Source of the DNA: Chlamydiia bacterium
Lineage (GTDB): Bacteria > Chlamydiota > Chlamydiia > Chlamydiales > 2-12-FULL-49-11
Assembly: GCA_044359535.1 (NCBI GenBank)
Contig: JBIKLZ010000003.1
Span: forward strand, 32,215 to 96,214
Length of the DNA stretch: 64,000 bases
Direction of reading: 5' to 3'
Position 1 is the first letter of the stretch, and each line of letters begins with the position of its first letter. Position numbers and translations under genes: made by a program. Below are positions 28,332-38,557 of the stretch, one piece after another. Below the pieces are notes generated by a model that saw only the letters and a list, made by a program, of their open reading frames with translations, made no database searches and had not been told where the DNA came from.

Positions 28332-29086
28332 TCACTCTCCTTTGTACATTTTAATTCCCATAATTTTTTTGTATCATCCCCACTCATCGTAGTTAAAAGG
28401 GAGGTAGCTGCCTTAATATTTAAAAATGAGTTTCCATATATTCCTAAATAGATTTTAACAGCTTTTCTTTTGAATGTATGTATGGCATCTTCAGGGGACT
28501 TAAGATGGCATAAGATTTTATGAATCAATTCTAAGCGAAGGGAGGTAACCTTTTCTGTCGCCTTGCATTGTTTAAGGAGATGATCTATTGTTAAAGAGTG
28601 TTTTAAATCAGGAGCTTTTTTATAATATTCTATTGCTTTATTGATACATTCAAAAGCTTTTTCAGAATCAGAAGAATCTTCAGACAGAATGAATTGAGCA
28701 ACATACAATAAAGCGGGGATGGAACCTTTATCCCTTGCAATCATAAAATATTTCTTTGATAAAGAGAGGTTTTCTTTTCCAAATGTTTTGGTCATATAAA
28801 CTTTGCCTAAAGTATATGCCGCTTTTCCATCTTGTTCTAAGTTAGAAATAGTAGATAAAAGATGAATAGCAAAGTGTATTGTTATTTGAACATGAACATC
28901 ATCTATTTGAGATGGATCAATAAGAGATACACTTTTAAGCATAGATTTTGCTATATTCAAAAAAGAGGATGCTTCTATGAATGTAACTCCTGTTCCTTTA
29001 TTATATGTCGTTGAATAAGAGGTAAGGCGGGATAGTTTATCTGGAAAGGTAAAAGGGGGTGGGGATATTGATGGGGAAGATGACAT
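28313..29086 (-). CDS. Sel1-like protein, shorter paralog of the adjacent gene
   Basis: AAYTLGKVY...FGKEN...ARDKG; start at MSSSPSISPPP (ATG 29086, AAGGA RBS). Confidence 0.7.
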   Translation of the reverse strand: MSSSPSISPPPFTFPDKLSRLTSYSTTYNKGTGVTFIEASSFLNIAKSMLKSVSLIDPSQIDDVHVQITIHFAIHLLSTISNLEQDGKAAYTLGKVYMTKTFGKENLSLSKKYFMIARDKGSIPALLYVAQFILSEDSSDSEKAFECINKAIEYYKKAPDLKHSLTIDHLLKQCKATEKVTSLRLELIHKILCHLKSPEDAIHTFKRKAVKIYLGIYGNSFLNIKAATSLLTTMSGDDTKKLWELKCTKESECLVLP

Positions 29087-29156
29087 TTTATTCCTTTTTT
29101 TTAAAAAAATTTTAAAGAAAGGGTGAATACATGTCAATTTTTTTAGTAGTTTAGAT

Positions 29157-30395
29157 CTAATGTGGTTTAGAACAATAAAAAAGATATTTTTTTCTGATCT
29201 CTTCAAAAAAACGGTGGTCTTTTTCTGAGGCTTCAATCAAACTATAGGCAGGAAAGCTCTCTTTAGAAAGGATAGAAAAATACTTTTCGCTCCCATTGAC
29301 TTTGTTATACATCTCTTTATTTGAGATTTTTAAAGATGCAAGATGTTTGTTCATCTCTTTTGGATAAAGAGATTTAAGGAGCCCTAGGAGCATCAGACCT
29401 GTTTTTATCGGCTTATAAGAAGAGGTTTCAGTGATATGAATTTTAACCCCTTTACAGAGGGTGTTTTTCATCGCTCCAGAAAAAGGGGTGAAAAAACATG
29501 GGGTAAAAATCACCCCTGGGAGTTTTTGATTATTTAATGTATCAGAAAATTTTTTCGCATCTATCCAAGGGGCGGCAACCACCTTAAAAGGATAGGCTGT
29601 CCCGATGCCAATACTTACACATCCAAGCTCTCCAATTGCCCCTGTTGTGGCACAATAAAAGGGGGTGTCAGGTTCTGGGATATTTGGACTAGTTGGAATC
29701 CAAAGAAGATCTGTCTCTTTAAAAACGGCTCTATCCTCCCATCCTTCCATCAAAAAGCACTTAAGGTTACATCCAATTTTATACTCTCTATTAAAAAGGA
29801 GGGCAAGTTCACAAATGGTTAAACTGTGGCAATAAGGGACGTTGATATAGCCGACAAAAGATCGAAACGATTCTTCTAACATAGGGCCATCAAAAGGGCA
29901 GTTTCCCATCGGATTTGGACGGTCAAGGACAACCATTTCGATATTAAATTTTGCTGCCTCTTCCATGCAGTAAAACAAAGTGGAGGTATAGGTATAGGGC
30001 CTTATCCCAATGTCTTGAATGTCAAAAACCAACACATCAATCTCTTTTAACATCTCTTTTGTGGGCCGTCTTGTTTCCCCATAAAGACTGTAGATCGGTA
30101 TTGAGCCGTTATAAAGAGTGTGGTCAATAGTTTTGCCTGCCTCGATATTTCCAAAAAAACCATGCTCAGGGGCAAAAATGGCTTTAATAGAAAGGGAGGA
30201 CTCATCTAGCAAGCGGTCAATGGTTAACTTCCCTTCTTTAGAAACAGCTGTATGGTTTGAAATTAAACCTATCCGTTTATTGTGATAGTTTTTACTATTT
30301 TCTTTTGCAAGAAAGGTGTCAATCCCTAAAGTCACATTCCCTCCGCATAAAAAAGCGGGGAAAAAAATGAGAAAAACCTTGAATCCCATAACCAT
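29157..30395 (-). CDS. DUF1343 / NamZ-like exo-beta-N-acetylmuramidase
   Basis: IFAPEHG, FDIQDIG, VLDRPNP and WIPTSPNIP motifs. Confidence 0.9.
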   Translation of the reverse strand: MVMGFKVFLIFFPAFLCGGNVTLGIDTFLAKENSKNYHNKRIGLISNHTAVSKEGKLTIDRLLDESSLSIKAIFAPEHGFFGNIEAGKTIDHTLYNGSIPIYSLYGETRRPTKEMLKEIDVLVFDIQDIGIRPYTYTSTLFYCMEEAAKFNIEMVVLDRPNPMGNCPFDGPMLEESFRSFVGYINVPYCHSLTICELALLFNREYKIGCNLKCFLMEGWEDRAVFKETDLLWIPTSPNIPEPDTPFYCATTGAIGELGCVSIGIGTAYPFKVVAAPWIDAKKFSDTLNNQKLPGVIFTPCFFTPFSGAMKNTLCKGVKIHITETSSYKPIKTGLMLLGLLKSLYPKEMNKHLASLKISNKEMYNKVNGSEKYFSILSKESFPAYSLIEASEKDHRFFEEIRKKYLFYCSKPH

Positions 30396-30427
30396 ATCGC
30401 GTACCCTTTTTGCAAGGAAATCAAAGT

Positions 30428-32539
30428 ATGTCTGAAAAAATGTTATTAAACAAGAAACAACTTGAAGCTATTTATCATATCGATGGACCTCTTGTAGTTA
30501 TTGCCGGTGCCGGCTCTGGAAAAACCGCTGTTGTGGTTCAAAGAATTGCACACCTACTTGAAAATGGTGTTTTTCCTCATGAAATACTTGCCCTTACATT
30601 TACAAATAAAGCAGCTTCTGAATTAAGGGAAAGGTTGGAAAAAAGGGCTCTTACCCCTCCATTAACTGTAACGTTTCACGCCCTTGGAGTAAGAATTCTT
30701 CGTGAATCGATCCACCACTTTGGATATACCAATAACTTTTCAATCTTTGATCAATCGGATTCTGAGTCCCTTATCGGTGCAGTTATGGTCGAACTTACGG
30801 GGAAAAAGGAAAAAAAAGATGTTAAAGAGATGAAAAGTAACATTTCATCGGCTAAATCTAAACTGATATCACCACAATCCCATTTTTCAAAAGAGTTATT
30901 CTTCGCTTCAGAAGGGGAAAGAGCCTTTTTTTTCCAGGTCTATGCCCTCTATCAGGAAAGATTAAAAGGGGCAAATGCTGTAGATTTTGATGATTTGATT
31001 TCTCTTACTGTCCAAATTCTACAAGATAAGGAATTACATAGAATCTATGCCGATCGATGGAAGTATCTATTAGTCGATGAGTATCAAGATACAAACCATG
31101 CTCAATATCTTATTTGTAAAGCGTTATGCTCAAAACATAAAAATATTTTTGTTGTGGGGGATCCTGACCAGTCCATTTATTCGTGGAGGGGGGCAAAAAT
31201 CAGCAATATTTTACATTTTGAAAAGGATTTTCCAGGGGCACATGTAATAGCCCTTGAACAAAATTATCGAAGCACATCCCATATTTTATCTGCAGCTAAC
31301 TATGTAATACAAAAAAATGACCGGCTGTATGAAAAGAATCTTTACAGTGAAAAAGGGGATGGGGAAAAGGTCTATGTACACCCTTTTTCAAATGGATATG
31401 AAGAGAGTCGATTTGTTGTTCAAGAGATTAAAAAAGCCTTAAAAGAGGGGGTAGAACCACAAGAGATTGTGATTTTTTATCGAACCAATTCTCAGTCAAG
31501 GATGTTTGAAGATAGCCTTATAGAACAAAAAATTCCCTATCACATTATTGGGGGGCTCTCTTTTTATCAACGAAAGGAAATCAAAGATATATTAGCCTTT
31601 TTAAGGATGATTGTTGCTCCTTTTGATACAGTAAGTTTTTCACGCATCATCCATTTGCCTAAAAGGGGGTTGGGGCCAAAATCTATAGAAAAAATCATTT
31701 CAGCAAGCAGGGAGAGTCAAAAATCCATCATAGATATTTTAAGGGAGGCTCTTGCTGGTAAAGCATTGTTTAAATTAACAACCACCGCTCTTGAAGGGTT
31801 GAAAGACTTTTTAAATGTGATGGATCGTATTCAAACAATTGCTATGGAGTCAAAATCCATTGCACACCTTATTAGGGAAGTCTATGCGCTTTCAAGGTAC
31901 AGTGTTGTTTTATCAGAAGAAAAGGATTCAATGGGTGATCGACTTGAAAATATTGATGAATTGATTTCAAAAGCAGATGGCTATGATAAGGAGCATCAAG
32001 GCTCCCTTCAATCATTTTTAGAAGATGTCTGTTTAGACGGTCAAAAAACAAATAGTGAAGGAGATCAACATAGGATTTCTTTGATGACTATCCATAATGC
32101 AAAGGGTTTGGAGTTTAGACTCTGCTTTATTGTGGGTTTAGAAGAGGATGTTTTCCCTCATATTCGGGCAAAAAATCGCTATGAGGAGATTGAAGAAGAG
32201 CGAAGACTTTTTTATGTGGGGATGACACGGGCAAAAGAAAGGCTCTATATGACTTTTGCAAAAAGACGCTTTTTATGGGGGACTGAAAAAATTCTTACCC
32301 CTTCAAGATTTTTAAAAGAACTCCCCAAAGAACATATTGCAGGCAATGAGATTTCTATAAAAAATGAGGTTTCTATAGAGGCTCAAGATGGATCAAGGGT
32401 AAGCCATAGAACTTTTGGCAAAGGGTTTATTGTAAAAGTATATGAAACATCCTATGGGGTCACCTATGATGTTGTTTTTGATTCAGATCTTCAAACTCGG
32501 ACCCTTGTGGCAAAGTATGCAAAATTAACAGTGCTATAA
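30428..32539 (+). CDS. uvrD: ATP-dependent DNA helicase UvrD/PcrA
   Basis: AGAGSGKT, DEYQD, GDPDQSIY, TIHNAKGLEF, YVGMTRA; ATG 30428 with AAGGA upstream. Confidence 0.96.
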   Translation: MSEKMLLNKKQLEAIYHIDGPLVVIAGAGSGKTAVVVQRIAHLLENGVFPHEILALTFTNKAASELRERLEKRALTPPLTVTFHALGVRILRESIHHFGYTNNFSIFDQSDSESLIGAVMVELTGKKEKKDVKEMKSNISSAKSKLISPQSHFSKELFFASEGERAFFFQVYALYQERLKGANAVDFDDLISLTVQILQDKELHRIYADRWKYLLVDEYQDTNHAQYLICKALCSKHKNIFVVGDPDQSIYSWRGAKISNILHFEKDFPGAHVIALEQNYRSTSHILSAANYVIQKNDRLYEKNLYSEKGDGEKVYVHPFSNGYEESRFVVQEIKKALKEGVEPQEIVIFYRTNSQSRMFEDSLIEQKIPYHIIGGLSFYQRKEIKDILAFLRMIVAPFDTVSFSRIIHLPKRGLGPKSIEKIISASRESQKSIIDILREALAGKALFKLTTTALEGLKDFLNVMDRIQTIAMESKSIAHLIREVYALSRYSVVLSEEKDSMGDRLENIDELISKADGYDKEHQGSLQSFLEDVCLDGQKTNSEGDQHRISLMTIHNAKGLEFRLCFIVGLEEDVFPHIRAKNRYEEIEEERRLFYVGMTRAKERLYMTFAKRRFLWGTEKILTPSRFLKELPKEHIAGNEISIKNEVSIEAQDGSRVSHRTFGKGFIVKVYETSYGVTYDVVFDSDLQTRTLVAKYAKLTVL

Positions 32540-32582
32540 AGATTTTCTTTACTCTTTCTTCATTTTTTATTATTAAGAAAAT

Positions 32583-33752
32583 ATGAAGATGTCACAAAAA
32601 ACGGGCGTTTATGTAGAACAAAATCTCCTCCAAGGGTTTGATTTACATATGGTCCAACAGGTGCATACATTACCTGGCTCTTTATTTTCTGAATTTGTCC
32701 TTGAGTACTGCCGTTTTCATCGAGGGCTTAAGGCTAGGGCTTTTACTTTGTCAAAAGGAGGGGGGGATCAACTTGACTATGTAAAAAAAGAGAGCTTATA
32801 TGAGCATTTAGCGTTTCAAATTCAAGTGAGCTTTGATGCAAGCGAAAAAAAGGAAGCATTAGAGATTGCAGCAAGTTTAGATAAAAATGGCTTTTATGAT
32901 GGTACAATCACCCCTGTTGTAGAAAAGATGTGGCACCTTGATCCTGTGGGTATTGCTACCCCATCTGTTCAAAAATCACTTTTTGTTCAACTTAAGAATC
33001 TTAATCAAGAGCATCTTCTTGCCGCTAACATTTTAGAACATGGGTATAGATACTTTTTACATAAAGATCTAAAGAAAATTGCTCATATTGAAAAGGTCTC
33101 CATCGATGAGGTAGAAAAAGCGTTTAGTGTGATAAAAACCTTAAATCCTTTTCCAGGAAGGGTATTTCAAGAGTCTTATGTACACTACATCACCCCTGAA
33201 ATGATCCTTTCATTTGATAAAAAGTGGAAACTAGAGTTTGTTAAGGAGTGTTACCCCACAGTTAGGATAGTCCATAAAGGTTCCCCAAAAGAAATTGCAG
33301 ATGCAAAAAGATTTATTCATCAACTCCATCAAAGGAAGAATCGATTAGAATGGATTGTTAGCATTATTGTAAAAGAGCAGGGCTCCTTTTTATTAGGGGA
33401 GGGAGAAAAGAAAAACCTAACACGAAAAAGGATTTTAGAGGGGCTTAATATTTCTGAAAGCACCCTATCAAGGATTTTATCAGAAAAATATATCCAAACC
33501 CCCATGGGGCTTTTTCCTCTAGGCTATTTTTTTTCAAGGCCTACAGCAACGCCATTTGTAGATCAAAGTGTTGAAAATGCCAAAAAGATCCTTAAAAAAT
33601 TGATTGATCAAGAAGATAAAAAAGCTCCATACCCTGATGAAATTCTTAAAACACTTCTTAGACATGAAGGAATTATTTGTTCTCGAAGGACGATTGCAAA
33701 GTACAGGAAAGGATTAAATATTTCTGGGGCCTATCATCGAACTTGTAAATAA
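32583..33752 (+). CDS. rpoN: RNA polymerase sigma-54 factor (compact, divergent)
   Basis: SLYEHLAFQI, LDPVGI, HTH SESTLSR, RpoN box SRRTIAKYR. Confidence 0.88.
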   Translation: MKMSQKTGVYVEQNLLQGFDLHMVQQVHTLPGSLFSEFVLEYCRFHRGLKARAFTLSKGGGDQLDYVKKESLYEHLAFQIQVSFDASEKKEALEIAASLDKNGFYDGTITPVVEKMWHLDPVGIATPSVQKSLFVQLKNLNQEHLLAANILEHGYRYFLHKDLKKIAHIEKVSIDEVEKAFSVIKTLNPFPGRVFQESYVHYITPEMILSFDKKWKLEFVKECYPTVRIVHKGSPKEIADAKRFIHQLHQRKNRLEWIVSIIVKEQGSFLLGEGEKKNLTRKRILEGLNISESTLSRILSEKYIQTPMGLFPLGYFFSRPTATPFVDQSVENAKKILKKLIDQEDKKAPYPDEILKTLLRHEGIICSRRTIAKYRKGLNISGAYHRTCK

Positions 33753-34459
33753 AAGGGGTCGTCGATGCACAAGGTCTTTAAAGAACTAGTTTTAGCGCAA
33801 GAAGAAAAGAGTTGATCTATAGAGGCTTTAGCCTCCATATTTTGAGGGACCCTTTTTAAAGCGTCGGTATAGATTGTTTTGAAGTTGCACTTTTTATAGG
33901 TTAATGGAGCGCTATTTTTTAAAAAGGTGGGGAAGTTGATAAAATTTGCATAAAAAAGGGTGGGGGAGGGGCTTTTTTGATAGAAAGTGTTTAAGAGGTG
34001 TAAAGAAAAGGTATCTGTAAAGAGGCAATTTTCTCCTAAAAAAATAAGAACACTCTCTTTTTTCATTTCTTTTAACCGATCAATGAGGGCTAATGAAATG
34101 GGGGTCTCTTGATCGATTTCTACAATCGTTAAAAGGTGATGTTTACCCCTTTTTTTTGCCGAAATATGGACTTTTTCCAACTCAAGAGGGTGATCCCTAT
34201 CGATGAAAAGATAGATCTCATAGTTATCATAGTTTTGTTGAAACATTGACTCTAGCTTTTGATGAAAGGTTCGATCACTTTCTTTATAGTGAGAAAGAAA
34301 AATAAAATCGGTATCTTTTAAATAGCTTTCGTAACTAGGTGGGGGAGAAGTAAAGCTCTTACTTCTTTTGTACATATATAGAAAGGAGAGGGAAAGAAAA
34401 AGGATGACAAAAAGGACTTTTAGGCTATGTTTCCGAAACATTCTTGAATAAACTCCCAT
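33734..34459 (-). CDS. Membrane-anchored, degenerate GT2-like protein
   Basis: N-terminal TM; LESMFQQNYDNYEIYLFID resembles the GT2 at 26325 but the DxD region is lost. Confidence 0.5.
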   Translation of the reverse strand: MGVYSRMFRKHSLKVLFVILFLSLSFLYMYKRSKSFTSPPPSYESYLKDTDFIFLSHYKESDRTFHQKLESMFQQNYDNYEIYLFIDRDHPLELEKVHISAKKRGKHHLLTIVEIDQETPISLALIDRLKEMKKESVLIFLGENCLFTDTFSLHLLNTFYQKSPSPTLFYANFINFPTFLKNSAPLTYKKCNFKTIYTDALKRVPQNMEAKASIDQLFSSCAKTSSLKTLCIDDPFYLQVR

Positions 34460-35142
34460 TTAAATTGAGACCAATGAATTTTATCAACCCTTCCTTTGCT
34501 CATTAAAGTGATCTCCTCATCGGTCATGGAAAGGAGAATCTCCTCAGGAAAATCTGAAAGTTCTTTTAAGGTGCGTACACATTTATAGACGCGAAACTGT
34601 TTAATAGCTGTAAAGGTAAGGGATGCAAAAAAAAGGCAAAACAAAGGGATTAACGACCATGGGGTGAGAAAAAGGGCTAGAAAGAAGGCGCTGATTTCTT
34701 TGTTTGTAGATAGACAAGGGCTCACCCACTTTCTTAAAATAGAAGAGGAAGATCGGTAAGCTAAAATCTCTTCATATTTAGGCTCATCAAATTGAACACG
34801 CCTAGCATGAATTTCTTCATGAGCCATCACCTCTTTTGGGGAAACAAAAAAGGAAGAAATTTTTGAGGGTGCATGAATTACAGGGATATATAGATCCTTT
34901 TCTACTTCAATAATAGTAGTCCTTGCAGCCTCAAAAAAGCGATAGTTTTTATTTTTAAGTAAAATATACCCCCTATCCACAGGGATAAAAAGAGCCTTTT
35001 TAAACCATTTCTTTGGAAGGGTGTTTAAGGGGTTTAAGGCTATTTCTCGAGTTTTTGCCACCCGTTTTAAAAATTTTTCCAAAGTTTCATAGGGGCCGGG
35101 GAGAAATCCTTTTTTATAGAGATCTAAAAAGGGTTCATGCAT
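34420..35142 (-). CDS. Hypothetical membrane protein with an HExxH motif
   Basis: GFLPGP.ET, MAHEEIHARR, EEILAY and a C-terminal TM hairpin. Confidence 0.6.
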   Translation of the reverse strand: MHEPFLDLYKKGFLPGPYETLEKFLKRVAKTREIALNPLNTLPKKWFKKALFIPVDRGYILLKNKNYRFFEAARTTIIEVEKDLYIPVIHAPSKISSFFVSPKEVMAHEEIHARRVQFDEPKYEEILAYRSSSSILRKWVSPCLSTNKEISAFFLALFLTPWSLIPLFCLFFASLTFTAIKQFRVYKCVRTLKELSDFPEEILLSMTDEEITLMSKGRVDKIHWSQFKWEFIQECFGNIA

Positions 35143-35156
35143 AGAGTAAACCCCAA

Positions 35157-36365
35157 TTAAAGAGCATAGATGAGCTCAAGTTTATACTTTTGAAAATCAA
35201 ATTTATTATGCATTTCCATAAGAGGTCGTGTAAAGGAAAAGCTTTGAGAAAGGGTAATTGTGTCCTGTAAAGCATAGAGAAAGGAGAGTTTAAAACCCCA
35301 GTAGTTGCTATTTGCTACAGCTGTCTCTCTAATAGTTGCTGCCCCTTGACCATTAGCAAATAGGGTGTATAGGCCAATATTATCAGGATTTTCGATACCA
35401 ATTCCAGAAAAATCCATGAAAGGGATGGCTTGAGGTTGGACAAATTGGACATTAAAATCTAAAGACCAATCATTTTTCTTTCTAATTTCCCCCATTGAAA
35501 TACCAATATAGCCAGCAAGGTTATCTAGGCGGTTATCAAGAATTTCAAAGGGTTTAGCAAGGGCATTAAATAAAAAAGCGGCATAAGCAACACTTACAGC
35601 ATCAAAAAAGGGATTTTGAAAGCGATAACCAAGGAGAAATTGGCTATTTAAATAGTTATAGGCATAGTTTATCCTTTCATCTTCATAGTCATGGGTGGCC
35701 CAATCAATTAAGGAGTATTTAGCATAAAAGCCCGTATTATAAATATTTAAAAGTCCTGTTTCAACAACAAAGGAAATATGGGAAAAAATTTCACTGACTA
35801 CAAAGGGTGCGGCATAAAGGTAGAAATCACCATAAAGCTCAGTAGTCCTGTTGTAAAGGAGTAAAATACCATCCATTAATGCGCCGAATTGGATTTGGGA
35901 GTCAAAGGTATAACTTAAAAAACGTCGTCCAAATTCAAGATCTGTTGTGGAGACATCGGTTTCAGAAAGGCGAAAGCCAAAAAAGGCCCTTTCGAGAGTA
36001 AGACCATCAAAGGTGCCCCCATAAATTCCCATGTTATTATCGTATTCAAGTTTTGAGGAGGCCCACGTCATATCAGTTCTGTAATCAAGGAGAAAATTAA
36101 ATTCAATATCAAATTGATCACTTGCAATAAGAGGGTGTAAAGATTGGGATCCTAAATACTTGACCCCATTTTTTTGTTCAGAAAGGGCAATGTACTCGAC
36201 GTGAATGTCAGCACTAATGGATAAGGCTCCGCCCCGCTCATCAATGGTTAAAGCCCGTTTTGTTGCAATCCACTCTTTTAAAGCTTCTAAATTCAATGTG
36301 TCGTTATCTACAGCAATCAATTGAGGAGAGAAAAAAAAGAGCAATGAAAAGAAGATTTTTTTCAT
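35157..36365 (-). CDS. Putative chlamydial outer membrane beta-barrel/porin
   Basis: Signal peptide, aromatic-rich amphipathic strands, C-terminal KLELIYAL. Confidence 0.6.
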   Translation of the reverse strand: MKKIFFSLLFFFSPQLIAVDNDTLNLEALKEWIATKRALTIDERGGALSISADIHVEYIALSEQKNGVKYLGSQSLHPLIASDQFDIEFNFLLDYRTDMTWASSKLEYDNNMGIYGGTFDGLTLERAFFGFRLSETDVSTTDLEFGRRFLSYTFDSQIQFGALMDGILLLYNRTTELYGDFYLYAAPFVVSEIFSHISFVVETGLLNIYNTGFYAKYSLIDWATHDYEDERINYAYNYLNSQFLLGYRFQNPFFDAVSVAYAAFLFNALAKPFEILDNRLDNLAGYIGISMGEIRKKNDWSLDFNVQFVQPQAIPFMDFSGIGIENPDNIGLYTLFANGQGAATIRETAVANSNYWGFKLSFLYALQDTITLSQSFSFTRPLMEMHNKFDFQKYKLELIYAL

Positions 36366-36425
36366 ATTGACTTGGAGGCTGGTTGTTATATATTCTAGGG
36401 TAAAGATTTTTTTTGGTAAAGGGTT

Positions 36426-38111
36426 TTGAAATTTCTACAGATACAGCTTTTTTTTACTCTCTTTTTTTCTTTATTATTAGGAGCCACAGAAGAAAGGTAT
36501 ATTGATAATCAAGAGGTGATTCTCCATAAGGTGAATGGGCTCATCATTACTGGAGATGAACACCTTCCCCCTGATTACATTTTAAAAACAACAGAGGATG
36601 TCCTTTTTTATAGGGTAAAAGCGCCCCATGATCTTTTGTTTCAAACCCAATTTTCAAGACGCCTTGGAGAAAAAGTATTAGGAAAATCGCTTACTTTTAA
36701 GGATATACAAGAGTGTAAAAAAGAAATTAAGAGCTATTTTTTAGAGCACTGTTCAAGACAAGTGAAGGTAAGTATTTCTGAAAAAGAGTTTTTTGAGGGT
36801 GTTGTGGTTGTAAGGGTCCTTGAATCTAAAGTAGGGAAGGTAAAGGTGACTGGAAATGTATGGTTTCCAAAAGGGCATTACTTAGAATACATTCCTTTAG
36901 AAGAAAATGCCCCATTAGACACCGATCTTCTTGTTTCAGGGATACAAGATATTAATAAAAGTCCATGGAAGAAAGCTCAAGTTATCTATTCTGAAGGCAA
37001 AGGGGTAGAAGAAACCGATATAGAACTCATTGTTAAGGATAAAAACCCGATCCATTTTTATGCAGGGACAGATAATAGTGGGTATAAAATGACCGAATAT
37101 GGAAGGGTTTATAGTGGGTTTAGTTGGGGAAACATGTTAAATTTGGATCAAGCCATTGCCTTTTCATACAAAGGGTCGCGAGATTTTTCCTCCTACCAAT
37201 CCTTTTCTTTAGAGTACTTAAGCCCCCTTTTTTCTTTTTGCCGCTTTAAAGTAGTTGGAGAGGGGATTTTTACCCAGCCGGAAATTGAAGAGCTTTTATA
37301 CGCTGAAAATAAAGGGGTGCTGTGGCACCTTTCGTCAAGGGTGGATCTATTTCCCCCCCAATCGTTTAGTATGGATCAAACCCTTTCTATGGGATTGAAT
37401 TACAAAGGGACAAATAGTAATTATTCAGAAAATGAACTAGGCTTTTCACACACCTTTGTCACAATGGTTCAAATGGCTCTGGAATATAAGGGACATTTTG
37501 ATCATAAAGCCCATAAGATGGAGGGTTTTTTGACTCTTTTAGGTCAACCTTGGCAGATTGGAAGGGGGATGGAAAAAAGTGCCTATAATGCCCTTAGAGA
37601 GGGAGCAAATCCACTTTTTGGGGTAATTAAAGGGGGGGGCAGTTATAGTTATAATGAAAAAGCTAAGGATCTATTTTCTGGAAAAGTTTCCTTTTATGGA
37701 CAAATAGCCACAGCTGCTTTAATACCGATGGAACAATATCCCTTAGGTGGGATTGAGGGTGTAAGGGGGTATGAAAACTGTTCAGCACATGTGGATCATG
37801 CGTGTCTAATCCATATAGATATAAGGAGCCCACAAACATCGCTTTTAAAATATGTGAGACAAAAATTTGAGTCGCTGGATAGATGTAGCGGCGCCTTTTT
37901 TTTAGATGTTGGCAACGGCTGGACAGAAGGATCTAATGAGATGGATCGATCCAGCATCTATTTAATAGGTTTAGGACCTGGATTAAGATATGAGCTTTTA
38001 GATTATGTTAATGGTAGAATAGATATTGGGATTCAAACAACAAAAGCCCCTTTAGAAGGGACTTTTGATTCAAAAGTGAGATGCAATTTTAGTATAAACG
38101 CTGCCTACTAA
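36426..38111 (+). CDS. ShlB/FhaC/HecB (TpsB, Omp85 family) two-partner secretion pore
   Basis: POTRA-like segments (GKVKVTGN), YAGTDNSG, LGGIEGVRGY (VRGY motif), GLGPGLRY. Confidence 0.85.
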   Translation: MKFLQIQLFFTLFFSLLLGATEERYIDNQEVILHKVNGLIITGDEHLPPDYILKTTEDVLFYRVKAPHDLLFQTQFSRRLGEKVLGKSLTFKDIQECKKEIKSYFLEHCSRQVKVSISEKEFFEGVVVVRVLESKVGKVKVTGNVWFPKGHYLEYIPLEENAPLDTDLLVSGIQDINKSPWKKAQVIYSEGKGVEETDIELIVKDKNPIHFYAGTDNSGYKMTEYGRVYSGFSWGNMLNLDQAIAFSYKGSRDFSSYQSFSLEYLSPLFSFCRFKVVGEGIFTQPEIEELLYAENKGVLWHLSSRVDLFPPQSFSMDQTLSMGLNYKGTNSNYSENELGFSHTFVTMVQMALEYKGHFDHKAHKMEGFLTLLGQPWQIGRGMEKSAYNALREGANPLFGVIKGGGSYSYNEKAKDLFSGKVSFYGQIATAALIPMEQYPLGGIEGVRGYENCSAHVDHACLIHIDIRSPQTSLLKYVRQKFESLDRCSGAFFLDVGNGWTEGSNEMDRSSIYLIGLGPGLRYELLDYVNGRIDIGIQTTKAPLEGTFDSKVRCNFSINAAY

Positions 38112-38118
38112 ATGTAGA

Positions 38119-38394
38119 TTATACTTTTTTAGCAAAACGTGACTTTAGGCGAGAAGCTCTACCTTTTTTAATCACTTTATTTTTAACAGCTTTGTCTAAC
38201 AAACTGTAGAAAGTTTGAAGAAGAGGGACTTTTGCCTCTGAAGTTTCTTGTTTTAAAAAGGTAGCTCTTAGAGTTTGGATTCTTCTTTTCCAAGTTCTAT
38301 TTCTTAAATGCTTTTTTTCATCTTGAAGGTGACGCTTTGCAGCTGTGGGCCTTCTTTTAGGAAATTTTTTTTCGTCTTTTTTATCTTCTGCCAT
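38119..38394 (-). CDS. rpsT: 30S ribosomal protein S20
   Basis: PTAAKRHLQDEKKHLRNR, LDKAVKNKVIKKGRASRLKSR. Confidence 0.93.
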   Translation of the reverse strand: MAEDKKDEKKFPKRRPTAAKRHLQDEKKHLRNRTWKRRIQTLRATFLKQETSEAKVPLLQTFYSLLDKAVKNKVIKKGRASRLKSRFAKKV

Positions 38395-38450
38395 CGCACG
38401 ACCTCTTTTAAATCAAAGAATTTTTTCTAGTGAAGTTATTTTCATGACAA

Positions 38451-38480
38451 AGTATACAGCCATAAGAGAGATTTTGTCAA
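38451..38480 (-). promoter_or_regulatory. sigma70/66-type promoter of rpsT
   Basis: TTGACA-N18-TATACT on the minus strand. Confidence 0.6.
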
Positions 38481-38557
38481 AGAAAAATCTAGTTCTTTCC
38501 TTATAGAGAGGGAAAAGGTTCGTTTTTTTTACTTTTTTTGAACAATTAAAAAAATAT

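Noticed and set aside
29087-29236. N-terminal extensions in the ORF track (this one, also 45987..46073 and 51302..51358)
   Set aside because: They overlap neighbouring genes or promoters; downstream ATGs fit RBS position or domain starts better.
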